Part shown: positions 39,721-49,189 of the stretch, piece after piece
Numbering within the stretch: the stretch's first letter is position 1
Layout: every line of letters starts with the position of its first letter
Source: an uncultured Synergistaceae bacterium
GTDB taxonomy: Bacteria > Synergistota > Synergistia > Synergistales > Synergistaceae
Direction of reading: 5' to 3'
NCBI GenBank assembly: GCA_964482015.1
Contig: CAYZYF010000002.1
Coordinates: 26,639-90,638 of the forward strand
Length of the DNA stretch: 64,000 bases
The notes under the pieces: generated by a model
Database searches by the model: none
What the model was told of the DNA's origin: nothing
What the model saw: only the letters and a program-made list of their open reading frames with translations
Position numbers and translations under genes: made by a program

Positions 39721-40539
39721 TTATTCAGTCGCTTCGTGAGCCTCTCTTACCGTTTTTTGAAAATCGGCGGGCTCATGCTCTATTATAGTCCCCTTTGGCG
39801 ATCTTAAATGAAACAAAAATTCTATATTGCCCTCGGGGCCCCTTATCGGCGAAAAAGTTACGTTCACAAGCGTAAGATCCGTTTTTTCTTCAATGAATGA
39901 GGCGAGCCCGAGAAGAGTTTCCTCGTGGAGTCGAGGGTCCCGGACGACCCCTTTGCCGACCTTTTCCCTGCCTACCTCAAACTGCGGCTTAACAAGCACT
40001 GCCATCTCCCCGTTATCGCCAAGGAGCGCCTCAAGAGGCTTCAGAAGCAGCCTCAGGGAGATAAAGGACGCGTCCGAGACGATCAGGTCCGCGGGGCGAT
40101 CAGCGAACATTTCAGGTTTCAGAAAGCGGGCGTTTGTCCTTTCCATAACCGTGACCCTCGGATCGTTCCGAAGCTTCCAGGCAAGCTGCCCGTAGCCGAC
40201 ATCGACGGCATAAACTCTTGAGGCCCCCCTTGCGAGGAGCACATCTGTAAATCCGCCGGTCGAAGCGCCGATATCTATGCATATCTTCCCTGCCGGGTCG
40301 ATCGCAAAGCTGTCGAGCCCCTTTATCAGCTTATGTGCCCCCCTGCTCACCCAGGCGCTGCCCGCCTCCGTAAGCCTTATGTCGGCGCAGGGTGAAACCA
40401 TAGATGAGGCTTTGGCGGCCGGGATGCCGTCCACCGTCACACGCCCCGCTTCAATGTATTCACGTGCGAGGGTCCTTGAAGTGAGCATCCTGCGTTCGAC
40501 AAGGAGCCTGTCAAGTCTTACCGGCTTGCTTCTGTTCAT
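39721..40539 (-). CDS. tlyA: TlyA-family rRNA methyltransferase
   Basis: S4 domain RLD; VSRGAHKL, DIGASTGGFTD, DVGYGQL, KPQFE, GNIEFL. Confidence 0.95.
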   Translation of the reverse strand: MNRSKPVRLDRLLVERRMLTSRTLAREYIEAGRVTVDGIPAAKASSMVSPCADIRLTEAGSAWVSRGAHKLIKGLDSFAIDPAGKICIDIGASTGGFTDVLLARGASRVYAVDVGYGQLAWKLRNDPRVTVMERTNARFLKPEMFADRPADLIVSDASFISLRLLLKPLEALLGDNGEMAVLVKPQFEVGREKVGKGVVRDPRLHEETLLGLASFIEEKTDLTLVNVTFSPIRGPEGNIEFLFHLRSPKGTIIEHEPADFQKTVREAHEATE

Positions 40540-42404
40540 GACGATCTGATCAAAGCTACGATCGCCTCGGGTGTCAGTCCGCACTCCGCCAGCTGTTCGC
40601 TCCTCGTGGCGTGCGAGATGTACCTGTCAGGGACACCAGCCCGGAGGACCCTGCATCCGGTGCCTTTTTCTGCCGCGAAATTGGCTATCGCCTCCCCCGT
40701 ACCGCCGCTCAGGTAATTCTCCTCCGCGACTACAAGCAGAGTGTGGCCGCTGATCAGTTCGGAGAGTCCGGCGAGGTCCAGGGGTTTTATAAATCTCAGG
40801 TCGGCGACGGTCGGCGCGATGCCTTCTTCTTTGAGTTTTTCCGCGCTCCTGAGCATGAGGGGAAGGGTGCTCCCGATCCCGACCAAGCAGACGCCGCTTC
40901 CTTGAGAAAGGACCTCAAGCCTGTTCCACTCCGCAGGTTCCCTGGAGCTTGAGCCGTCGGGCAAGATATTTCCCGAGGCCTTGCCTCTGGGATATCGTAT
41001 GGCCATGGGGATCTGCCGTTCGAGCCACCCCTCTGTAAAAAACTTCAGATCCGCCTCATCTCTGGGGGCTGCGATCGTGATGTCGGGCAGCGACCGCAGC
41101 CACGGGACGTCGAGCAGCCCGTGGTGGGTCTCTCCGTCCTCACCCACCAGGCCGGCCCTGTCGATACAGATGAGGACCGGCAATCCGGGCAGGCATATGT
41201 CGTGCGCTATCTGATCCGCTGCTCTTTGTAGGAAGGTCGAATATATGCAGACTGCGGGCATCATGCCGCCTGCGGCCATCCCCGCGGCATAAGTGAGCAT
41301 GTGTTCCTCCGCTATGCCTACGTCGAGAAAGCGCTCGGGAAATTTTTGGGCGAATTCGTTGAGCTTCGTGCCATCGGTCATCGCGGCGGTGGAGACAGTA
41401 ATTCGGGGGTCTTCTTCCGCGGCGGCGGAGAGAGTATCCGCCATCACTTCGCTCCACGTCCGTGAGGAAGCGCCGCTGCCGTTGCGCGCCGCATCGAGAG
41501 GGGTGTTTGGCCCGATACCGTGGAAGAACGATGCGTTTTCCTCCGCTTCTCCGCAGCCCTTGCCTTTTTTAGTCAGGACGTGGATCAGCACGGAATCCTG
41601 AGAGTGTCCGGCAAGCCTGAATACCTCTTCCATCTCCTGTATGTCATGGCCGTTGAACGGCCCCCAGTAGCTTATCCCCAATTCCTCGAAGACGTTTGTC
41701 GGCAAAAGAAGGGATTTTAGCTTTCCCTTTACTCTTTTAAGCGTATCCTCAAGTGCGTCTCCCCTTCTTATCGTGCGGCACTGCTCTCTTATGAAGTCCT
41801 TTATTTTATTGTACGTTGGGTTGACTGAAAGCCTTGCAAGGTGTCCTGCCATTCCGCCGATCCTGGGATTGATGGACATCTTATTGTCGTTCAGAACGAT
41901 GATCAATTTTGTCCCGGTGCTCTCTATGCAGTTCAGCGCTTCGAACGAGACGCCGTTAAGGAGTGCGCCGTCGCCTATGACGGCAACAACTTCGTGGTTC
42001 TCTTTTTTTACGTCCCTCGCTTTTGCGTAGCCCATCGCCGCCGAAATGGATGTGCTGCTGTGCCCCGTGGTAAAAAAATCGTAGGGGCTCTCGTCCATTC
42101 TGGGAAAGCCGGCTATCCCTCCCTTTGTCCTGAGGGTGTGGAAAGAGTCGAGTCTCCCCGTCAGGAGCTTGTAGGCGTAGGACTGGTGCCCTACATCGAA
42201 TATGATCTTGTCCCTATCGGGATCGAATGCGCGAAGAAGGGCCAGGGTGAGCTCAACGGCTCCAAGCGAGGAGGCAAGGTGACCGCCATTTTTCAGAGTT
42301 ACTTCAAGAATTTTTTTTCTGATGTCAAGGCTTAAACCGTTCAATTCTTCGTACGTCAGGACAGAAAGGTCCTTGAAGTCCTTTATGGATCCTAATATGC
42401 TCAT
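40536..42404 (-). CDS. dxs: 1-deoxy-D-xylulose-5-phosphate synthase
   Basis: GGHLASSLG, DVGHQSY, GHSSTSIS, GDGA..N, GIAEEH, DRAGLVGEDGETHHG. Confidence 0.97.
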   Translation of the reverse strand: MSILGSIKDFKDLSVLTYEELNGLSLDIRKKILEVTLKNGGHLASSLGAVELTLALLRAFDPDRDKIIFDVGHQSYAYKLLTGRLDSFHTLRTKGGIAGFPRMDESPYDFFTTGHSSTSISAAMGYAKARDVKKENHEVVAVIGDGALLNGVSFEALNCIESTGTKLIIVLNDNKMSINPRIGGMAGHLARLSVNPTYNKIKDFIREQCRTIRRGDALEDTLKRVKGKLKSLLLPTNVFEELGISYWGPFNGHDIQEMEEVFRLAGHSQDSVLIHVLTKKGKGCGEAEENASFFHGIGPNTPLDAARNGSGASSRTWSEVMADTLSAAAEEDPRITVSTAAMTDGTKLNEFAQKFPERFLDVGIAEEHMLTYAAGMAAGGMMPAVCIYSTFLQRAADQIAHDICLPGLPVLICIDRAGLVGEDGETHHGLLDVPWLRSLPDITIAAPRDEADLKFFTEGWLERQIPMAIRYPRGKASGNILPDGSSSREPAEWNRLEVLSQGSGVCLVGIGSTLPLMLRSAEKLKEEGIAPTVADLRFIKPLDLAGLSELISGHTLLVVAEENYLSGGTGEAIANFAAEKGTGCRVLRAGVPDRYISHATRSEQLAECGLTPEAIVALIRSS

Positions 42405-42431
42405 AACGACATCTCCGGAATGTATATTTTC

Positions 42432-43340
42432 TTAGTTGGTACGGCTCAGCAAGTGGTCAGGCAGTTCGGAAAGGAAATCATCGGCGGGAAGGATCTTAGT
42501 GATGTGTTCTTTTGCAAGTTCACTCTCGATCCCGGCCATCCTCTTTGCCTCTGCCATGCCGTAGGCGGATACGTGCGTTATCTTGCCCTGTTCAAGATCC
42601 TTTCCGGGAGTCTTGCCGAGCTCCTCCGCCGTGCCTGATACGTCGAGTATATCGTCCACTATCTGGAAAGCCGAACCCAAATGAGTACCATAATTATAAT
42701 AGCAGTCCAATGCGGTCTCGTCATCCGTGCCCAGCGAGGCTCCAGCCACGACGGCGGCCCTGATCAGCGCGCCCGTTTTGAGGGAGGCCACTTTTCTGAC
42801 GTAATCGGGGTCTCCCTCCGCAGCCGCAGCGTCCATGTCCAGGACCTGCCCGCCGCAGACCCCGGAAGGTCCTATCGCCGAGCTGAATACTTTCACTGCC
42901 CTGAGAAGCTTATCAGGCTTGATGTCAACAGTGTAATTGAGCGGGTAATCCAAAGAGAGGGCCAGAAGAGCGTCTCCGGCCAGTACCGCCAGGGTCTCTC
43001 CGAAGACTGCGTGGTTCGACGGCTTGCCCCTTCTCATGTCATCATCGTCCATGCAGGGAAGATCATCGTGTATCAGCGTGGCGGTATGAAGCATTTCAAA
43101 ACCGAGCGCCAGAGGCAGTGCGTCCTTCGGAGAACAGCCGCACCTCTCCGCGGCAGCCAGGCATAGTACGGGTCTCAGCCTCTTGCCCCCTGCGAAGAGT
43201 GAATAGTCCATAGCTTCGCTCAGTTTTTTTGGTACTCCTTTGTTCCTTCTTGCACCGGAACTCTTCAGGTAATCCTCAAAAAGCGCCCTGTATTTTCTCA
43301 GTTCTCCCTTTACCCTTTGTTCCATTTCGCCTTGGTTCAT
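42432..43340 (-). CDS. ispA: Farnesyl/geranylgeranyl diphosphate synthase
   Basis: GGKRLRP, LIHDDLPCMDDDDMRRG, FQIVDDILD, GKD. Confidence 0.93.
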   Translation of the reverse strand: MNQGEMEQRVKGELRKYRALFEDYLKSSGARRNKGVPKKLSEAMDYSLFAGGKRLRPVLCLAAAERCGCSPKDALPLALGFEMLHTATLIHDDLPCMDDDDMRRGKPSNHAVFGETLAVLAGDALLALSLDYPLNYTVDIKPDKLLRAVKVFSSAIGPSGVCGGQVLDMDAAAAEGDPDYVRKVASLKTGALIRAAVVAGASLGTDDETALDCYYNYGTHLGSAFQIVDDILDVSGTAEELGKTPGKDLEQGKITHVSAYGMAEAKRMAGIESELAKEHITKILPADDFLSELPDHLLSRTN

Positions 43341-43558
43341 AGGGAAGGCTCTCCCTTTTTTGGAGAGTCGAATTCTCTCTCGCCCTCTTCGGAAAGCAGG
43401 GCCACCCTCTGCTTTGCATTCTCCAGATATTCGCGGCACTCCCTGACAAGGCCTATACCTCTTTCAAATTCCGAGAGGGCCTCTTCGAGAGGGAGCGATG
43501 TTCCTTCAAGTCCGCGTAATATTTTATCCAGCTCTTCCATCTTTTCGCTGAAATTCAT
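43337..43558 (-). CDS. xseB: Exodeoxyribonuclease VII small subunit
   Basis: F.E.MEEL..I...LE...LPLEEAL..FERG..L...C...L..A; directly upstream of ispA. Confidence 0.93.
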   Translation of the reverse strand: MNFSEKMEELDKILRGLEGTSLPLEEALSEFERGIGLVRECREYLENAKQRVALLSEEGEREFDSPKKGEPSL

Positions 43559-43580
43559 GGCCGTTCCTCCAATACTATTG

Positions 43581-43610
43581 TTGCAAGTTTTTTATATACT
43601 GTGATACAAT
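43581..43610 (+). promoter_or_regulatory. sigma70-type promoter of rpmB (extended -10)
   Basis: TTGCAA-18 nt-TACAAT with TGn extension. Confidence 0.65.
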
Positions 43611-43650
43611 ACCCAGGTTGGATGTTTCTAGGTACAAGGGGGGAATAAAA

Positions 43651-43845
43651 TTGTCCAAGTTCTGTGATTGCTGCGGCCGCGGACCGACTACGGGAAATGC
43701 CGTAAGCCACTCCAACCGTCATACCCGACGTCGCTGGTTGGTCAACATTCAGAGTGTCCGTGTCGATGTCGGCGGAGGAGAGACACGCAAGCTTCGTGTA
43801 TGCACGAAGTGCCTTCGTTCCGGTAAAGTCCAAAGAGCCGTTTAG
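43651..43845 (+). CDS. rpmB: 50S ribosomal protein L28 (Zn-ribbon form)
   Basis: CDCCG..GNAVSHS..TRRRW..N, CTKC; TTG after AGGGGGG. Confidence 0.95.
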   Translation: MSKFCDCCGRGPTTGNAVSHSNRHTRRRWLVNIQSVRVDVGGGETRKLRVCTKCLRSGKVQRAV

Positions 43846-43863
43846 CAAACGGCTCTTTTTTTT
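43832..43863 (+). terminator. Intrinsic terminator overlapping the rpmB stop (possibly bidirectional with ftsK)
   Basis: AAAGAGCCGTTT-agc-AAACGGCTCTTT followed by a T run. Confidence 0.85.
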
Positions 43864-43894
43864 ATTTCCCGCACCAGCCGGACAGGTCATCCCT

Positions 43895-46120
43895 CTAATA
43901 CCCGTCTTTCGCGTCTCTTACCATTTCACGCGCCTCTTCCTCATCTACCAGTATCTCACGAGGTTTTGAACCGTCGGCCGGTCCCACGATCCCCATCAGC
44001 TCCATCATGTCGATGAGCCGCGAAGCTCTTGAGAAGCCCACACGAAGCCTTCTCTGGAGACCGCTCGCGGAGGCTATGCCCGTTGCCATTACCATGTCTA
44101 TGGCCTCTTCAAGCAGATCGTCATCCAGAGCGCCCGATCCGTCCATGCCTGACGGCCCCTCTCCCTGCCTGTCGATCTCAACGAAATCAGGAAGTCCGAA
44201 AAGGCTGACGAGATAGTTCAGCCATACCGCGAGGATCTGTTCGTCTATCCACGGAGACTGTATCCTGACAGGCTTCGGGTGTCTTGTGGAGAGAAAGAGC
44301 ATGTCTCCCTTGCCGAGCAGTTTTTCTGCTCCCGCACAATCGATTATAGTCCTTGAATCCACAGAGCTCGGAAGGGTAAATGCCACCCTTGCCGGTATGT
44401 TGGCTTTGATGAGGCCGGTGATAACGTTGACCGATGGCCTTTGAGTTGCGAGGATCAGGTGGATGCCGGTCGCCCTTGCCATCTGGGCAAGCCTGCAAAT
44501 ATACTCTTCCGCCTCCTTTGGTGCGGTCATCATGAGGTCAGCCAGTTCGTCCACCACGATGACTATATTGGGAAGCCTGTCCTTCGGAAGGACCTTCTTG
44601 TTGAAGTTCTCAATATTTCTTACACGCGCTTTAGCGAACATCGTATAGCGCGATTCCATCTCCCTTATGGCCCATGCCAGAACGTGGACGGCTTTCTTGG
44701 GGTCGGTGACCGGAGGGGTAAGGAGGTGAGGCAGCTTGTCATAAATAGCCATCTCAACGCGCTTGGGATCTACCAGTATCATCCTCAGCTCATCGGGCTT
44801 ACGCATGGAACAGAGCCCCACTATGCATGAATTTATAAATACGCTCTTTCCGGATCCCGTGGTGCCCGCTACCAGCAGATGGGGCAAGCTCTCCAGTGCA
44901 ATGACCGCCGACTCTCCGTTGACTCCGACCCCAAAAGGGAGAGGCAGTATGGCATCGTTCTCACTGTAAGCGGGATCTTCGATGACCGTCCTCAGCGGTA
45001 TGCCCCGCCGTTTCGGATTTGGTATCTCGATCCCGATATATGGTTTCCCCGGGATAGGAGCTTCGATCCTGAGGCTAGGAACGGCCATTGCAAGCGCTAT
45101 GTCATTTGCCAGGACCGCGACCCTGTTTACCTTAATTCCCGGCGCAAGCTGGATCCTGAACTGGATCACAGTTGGTCCGACAAGGATCTCGGCCAGCCGG
45201 GCCTCGATATTGAAATGCATCAGCGCTTTTATGATCTTCTCTCCGAGAGGCAGGGATTTTTCTTCATCCATCTCGCCCTCGTGCGACTCTTCCCCGCCGA
45301 AGATCTCGATGGGCGGCGGAAATACTCCTTCTTCGATACTAAACTGAGAGCCATCCTCAATGAGCGAGAGCTCCGGATCGCTGATCATTCCTGCCTCGGA
45401 TGTCACATCCTCCGAGCGTTTCCCGAGCCCGGTGAGCGTTATCGGTGCCCGGTCAACCTCGCTCTCCGATCGGCCGAAATAATCGGTCCCGCTGTATTCG
45501 GCAATGTTTAAAGCCTCGTCGGGCAGATCTGCCGATTTTTCGCCGTCTTCACCCGACTTGTCACCGAAAGGGTAAAAGACAATTTTGGGCAGTTTAATTT
45601 TTGGAACTATCGGAATGTCATACAAGACTATAGATATATATATGGCCAGAGCCCCGATGATGAAGGTTCCGAAAGCTCCCAGGGTGGAAAAGATATATTC
45701 CGCAAGCAAAAGTCCGGAGGTTCCGGGCGAGAGCCATCGGAGCACAGGAGGGACGGATGCCAGCATTTCATTAAGGCCCAGAAGGAGCGCCGCGGTCAGA
45801 AAGAGGATCAGTGTAGCCGCGGACTGTCTGGCTAAAAAGGGAACATTTTTTGACAAAAGTTTTAAAACGCTGACGTAAAGCGCAAAGAGTACAGGAATGA
45901 TGAAGGCGCCGCCAAAGGACGCCAGAAGCGAATCGGAGATCCTCTCGCCGAGCGTTCCGGTCCACGGGGTATAAAGGGATGCTGTCAGATACAACGATAT
46001 AAGAAGAAGTGTGGCATATGCCGGACGGCTCCACGACTCTGCGGACGCAGGCTTTTCTTTCTGCCGCGGCTTTCGTGCGGGCTGCTTCTCATTCTTCTTT
46101 CTGTTCTTCCTGAAGATCAT
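43895..46120 (-). CDS. ftsK: DNA translocase FtsK/SpoIIIE
   Basis: N-terminal TMs; PHLLVAGTTGSGKS, VVDELADL, ATQRPS, GAEKLLGKGDM; gamma domain LQRRLRVG. Confidence 0.96.
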   Translation of the reverse strand: MIFRKNRKKNEKQPARKPRQKEKPASAESWSRPAYATLLLISLYLTASLYTPWTGTLGERISDSLLASFGGAFIIPVLFALYVSVLKLLSKNVPFLARQSAATLILFLTAALLLGLNEMLASVPPVLRWLSPGTSGLLLAEYIFSTLGAFGTFIIGALAIYISIVLYDIPIVPKIKLPKIVFYPFGDKSGEDGEKSADLPDEALNIAEYSGTDYFGRSESEVDRAPITLTGLGKRSEDVTSEAGMISDPELSLIEDGSQFSIEEGVFPPPIEIFGGEESHEGEMDEEKSLPLGEKIIKALMHFNIEARLAEILVGPTVIQFRIQLAPGIKVNRVAVLANDIALAMAVPSLRIEAPIPGKPYIGIEIPNPKRRGIPLRTVIEDPAYSENDAILPLPFGVGVNGESAVIALESLPHLLVAGTTGSGKSVFINSCIVGLCSMRKPDELRMILVDPKRVEMAIYDKLPHLLTPPVTDPKKAVHVLAWAIREMESRYTMFAKARVRNIENFNKKVLPKDRLPNIVIVVDELADLMMTAPKEAEEYICRLAQMARATGIHLILATQRPSVNVITGLIKANIPARVAFTLPSSVDSRTIIDCAGAEKLLGKGDMLFLSTRHPKPVRIQSPWIDEQILAVWLNYLVSLFGLPDFVEIDRQGEGPSGMDGSGALDDDLLEEAIDMVMATGIASASGLQRRLRVGFSRASRLIDMMELMGIVGPADGSKPREILVDEEEAREMVRDAKDGY

Positions 46121-46121
46121 A

Positions 46122-47492
46122 TCAGACTATGCTTCCTCCTACAGTCATGCCGTCGATCAGCATTGAGGGCTGACCGTCCGTCACAGGGACGCCCTGTCCC
46201 GATTTTCCACATATTCCTGGCTCCATGCAAACGTCCTTTCCCAGCGCTATTATGTTTTCAAGCACGGCCGGTCCGTTCCCCGTGAGCGTCGCTCCCTTTA
46301 CAGGATATGATATGCGGCCCTTTTCAATTATATATGCTTCTGAGACGTAGAATACGAAATCTCCCGATGTGGGATCGACTTCTCCCCCACCCATCTTTTT
46401 TACTAGAAGCCCATTTTCCGTCTGCGATAGCATGGATTCGAAGTCGGAGCCGCCGGGAAGCAAAAAAGTGTTGCTCATCCTCGGTACCGGTATGTTCCTG
46501 TATGACTGCCTTCTTCCATTTCCCGTAAGGGGAAGGCCTGATGTCATGGCTGAATGGATATCCGTAAGGTACCGTTTCAGCACACCATTTTCTATAAGCA
46601 CGTTTCTTTCTGCGGGAGTGCCTTCGTCGTCATACCTGTAAGATCCGTAAAGCGACGGTATGGTTGGATCATCTATCATAGTAACAGATGGGTCAGCTAC
46701 CCTTTTTCCCAGCTTGTCCATGTAGACTGACCTGTCCTTTTCCACAACGTCGGCCTCCAGTCCGTGTCCGCACGCTTCGTGGATCACAGTGCCTCCGGAA
46801 TCTCCCGAGAGAAGGACCCTCATCTTTCCGGCAGGACACGGCTTTGCGTCGGTCATGATAAGGGCGCGGTCAAGTGCGGCAGAGGCTATCGATTCGGGGT
46901 CGGATCCCGTCCAGAATTCGGACGGAGGCACCGAGAGGCTCCTTCGTTCGGATGAGGTCTGCAGGACTCCGTTTTTGTCCGTTATGACCTGGGCTGAAAA
47001 TGTGCCGTAGGTTCTTGTGTCCTCCGCCCATATTCCGTCCGACCTTATTATCAGGACCCTCCGTTTTGAAATACCGTACCTGAAAGCGGCCTGCTTTACC
47101 AAGGAGGATCTTTTTCTTAGGAGTGTGTCGAGATCTTTCATAAAAGCCACGTCGGGCATCGAGATGTCATCTTCCGTTTGGAGAATAGGTTCACGCCCAG
47201 AGCCGAAGGAAGTACCGGCGCTTCCGAAAACCGCGCTCTCCGTCTCGTCAAGTATCCGGGATATGCCGTAAGGCGATGTGCCCGGGGAGTAGGAGTAAAA
47301 TGTTTTACCGCCGAAGATGATCCTTGCTCCAGAGCCGTCCGCTCCCGAAGAAGAGAGTTCATCCATCCTGCCGTCTTCATAGCCGGCGGAATGTGCCGTT
47401 CCGGTCTGAACGAAGATATCGGCATGGGAGGCTCCCCTTTTTTGTATGTCCGCGAGTTTTTGCATTATCGCTGCGATCGTTTTGTCTTCCAT
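46122..47492 (-). CDS. tldD: TldD-family metalloprotease
   Basis: IHEACGHGLEAD, DDEG, TGNGRR, PRMSNT, CGKSGQ. Confidence 0.92.
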   Translation of the reverse strand: MEDKTIAAIMQKLADIQKRGASHADIFVQTGTAHSAGYEDGRMDELSSSGADGSGARIIFGGKTFYSYSPGTSPYGISRILDETESAVFGSAGTSFGSGREPILQTEDDISMPDVAFMKDLDTLLRKRSSLVKQAAFRYGISKRRVLIIRSDGIWAEDTRTYGTFSAQVITDKNGVLQTSSERRSLSVPPSEFWTGSDPESIASAALDRALIMTDAKPCPAGKMRVLLSGDSGGTVIHEACGHGLEADVVEKDRSVYMDKLGKRVADPSVTMIDDPTIPSLYGSYRYDDEGTPAERNVLIENGVLKRYLTDIHSAMTSGLPLTGNGRRQSYRNIPVPRMSNTFLLPGGSDFESMLSQTENGLLVKKMGGGEVDPTSGDFVFYVSEAYIIEKGRISYPVKGATLTGNGPAVLENIIALGKDVCMEPGICGKSGQGVPVTDGQPSMLIDGMTVGGSIV

Positions 47493-47510
47493 TCAGATCC
47501 TCCCGTCCGG

Positions 47511-47738
47511 CTATGCGATCCCGCTGATGATTATGTCCAGCCCCTCAGCTTTAAGTCCGCCGATAAGATCAAGTATGTCGGACAATAGTTCAAAGGGGGC
47601 ATAGACAGTTACGTTTCCCGCCATTGCGTCATCTGTTCTGAGCATTCCCAAACCTTCACACGCGTCTATGTTCCAGCTTATATAGTATATATCCTTCGGA
47701 GAGACTTTCAGGGAGAGCGTGGTCATTCGGGGCCTCAA
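47511..47738 (-). CDS. Small conserved protein (DUF4911-like)
   Basis: DIYYISW.IDACEGLG.LRT.D pattern; overlaps the mltG stop. Confidence 0.6.
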   Translation of the reverse strand: MRPRMTTLSLKVSPKDIYYISWNIDACEGLGMLRTDDAMAGNVTVYAPFELLSDILDLIGGLKAEGLDIIISGIA

Positions 47739-48790
47739 TCCGCTTTCCTCCTCTGCTTTTCAAGGTGTTCATCGTAAGTCCTGCTGAAAATATGGGTCCC
47801 ATCGGACGTTGCGAAAAAAAAGAGATAATCCGTTGTTTCAGGGCGAAGCGCGCTGATCCACGACCCTTCGGAAGGGACAGATATCGGTCCCGGCGGCATC
47901 CCGTGGTATTTGTATGTGTTAAAAGGCGAGTCTATCTCGAGATCTTTGTACGTAAGGGCTTTTTTGATGACTCCGACCTCGTCCCAGCAGAAAATGACTG
48001 TCGCGCAGGATTGGAGCGGCATTCTTTTTTCGATCCTGCTGAGAAATATCCCTGCAAGAATGGGGCGTTCTTCGGCGGCTTTCGCCTCGCCCTCGACTAT
48101 GGAAGCTAGAATTGCCCTCTCAGCCAAAAATTCCCTGTTTGTTTCGGGCTCGATCTCCGCCCCTATCCTCTCCATCCAAAGCTTTGACGCCCTGCGCACC
48201 AACTGGGCGGCTAAGTTCTCTCCCGGTGCGAGGGAATATGTCTCGGGGAGTAAAAAAGCAATTCTGTCAGTCGGGGCGTCGGGAAGAAGTTCACGCAGCT
48301 CCGGCGGAAAATTTGCGTCATCCCCCAGCGCACCAACAAGTCTTTCCTTATCCTCCGAAGAGATCCCGAGTACCCTCAGCAATCCGCCGAATCTGACTCC
48401 CGGAATAAGCGTTACGCTGAGAGCAGTCGGATGCGCGGACCTTAGCTGGTTGGCCACAGATATCTCGTCCCCGGGTGCAAGGAGGTATGTCCCCGGTTTG
48501 AGAGATCTGTCTATGCCGTATTTGACCATCCATTTTACAAGCTTATCGGCACTCTTGACCGCTCCCGCCTCCTGTATGCTGCGGGCGGCGGCGGTGGCGG
48601 ACATCCCGGAAATAACGGTGACCTCCACCTTTGTGCCCGATGAGGTAAAGATGTCCGGATAAAGCACCGGAAAGACGAAACAGAGAAAGCAGAAGGCGGC
48701 TAAAGCCACGGTGAACAAAATTTTTTCTTCGATCTTGCCCCTCAAAGGACCAACCCCAATCACCAAACGCAAAGCTATGCCTGCCTGCAT
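47735..48790 (-). CDS. mltG: Endolytic transglycosylase MltG (start may be downstream, e.g. TTG at 48745)
   Basis: N-terminal TM; FLLPETY, LASIVEGE, PLQSCAT, SPFNTY..G.PPGPI, YLFF, FSRTYDEH. Confidence 0.92.
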   Translation of the reverse strand: MQAGIALRLVIGVGPLRGKIEEKILFTVALAAFCFLCFVFPVLYPDIFTSSGTKVEVTVISGMSATAAARSIQEAGAVKSADKLVKWMVKYGIDRSLKPGTYLLAPGDEISVANQLRSAHPTALSVTLIPGVRFGGLLRVLGISSEDKERLVGALGDDANFPPELRELLPDAPTDRIAFLLPETYSLAPGENLAAQLVRRASKLWMERIGAEIEPETNREFLAERAILASIVEGEAKAAEERPILAGIFLSRIEKRMPLQSCATVIFCWDEVGVIKKALTYKDLEIDSPFNTYKYHGMPPGPISVPSEGSWISALRPETTDYLFFFATSDGTHIFSRTYDEHLEKQRRKAD

Positions 48791-48926
48791 TGCGGCACCA
48801 AGGGATTATACCTTTAACGGAGACGAAACGATAGCGTGGTCTCCGTAAACAAGGGGCAGGCGGTACCTGCTGTACCTGCCGCGCACAAAACTTAAGAAAA
48901 AATTAAGAAAATTTTTAAATATTTGC

Positions 48927-48955
48927 TTGACATTTACCTCCAAGAACTGTATATA
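48927..48955 (+). promoter_or_regulatory. sigma70-type promoter of the serine operon leader
   Basis: Perfect TTGACA, 17 nt, then TATATA; AT-rich upstream region. Confidence 0.65.
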
Positions 48956-48993
48956 TGTAAACTATTCGAAGGTACATGAGAGGAGCGGTCGAT

Positions 48994-49122
48994 TTGAGAG
49001 GATATTATATTCGGATTTCTTCCGGTTTGGCGTCATCGTCCCTCTTTTCCGGCGTTTTCTCGTCATGCGGCGGCTCCGGTTGGCTTTGCCGGTCCCGAGA
49101 CGTGTACCTGGTGAAAAGATAA
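48994..49122 (+). CDS. Putative Ser-rich attenuator leader peptide (42 aa)
   Basis: SD GAGAGGAG 48978-48985, TTG start, MRGYYIRISSGLASSSLFSGVFSSCGGSGWLCRSRDVYLVKR*; 10 Ser codons. Confidence 0.7.
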   Translation: MRGYYIRISSGLASSSLFSGVFSSCGGSGWLCRSRDVYLVKR

Positions 49123-49156
49123 TTCTATCGAATTTTTAGATCATCAAGGGTGTTTC

Positions 49157-49189
49157 GGGGACCGGAGAACTTTCTTCCGGTCCTCTTTT
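49157..49189 (+). terminator. Attenuator terminator in the serine operon leader
   Basis: GGGGACCGGA-loop-TCCGGTCCTC-TTTT; the 5' arm is also complementary to 49089-49101. Confidence 0.75.

Noticed and set aside
37165-43558. xseB without xseA, and no argR in xseB-ispA-dxs-tlyA-nadK-recN
   Set aside because: A common rearrangement of a well-known gene string; the missing genes are probably elsewhere in the genome.
48927-49139. 70-aa ORF from the ORF track in the serine leader
   Set aside because: It starts at the TTG of the -35 box, upstream of the probable TSS, and has no SD; the Ser-rich ORF in another frame has a proper SD.
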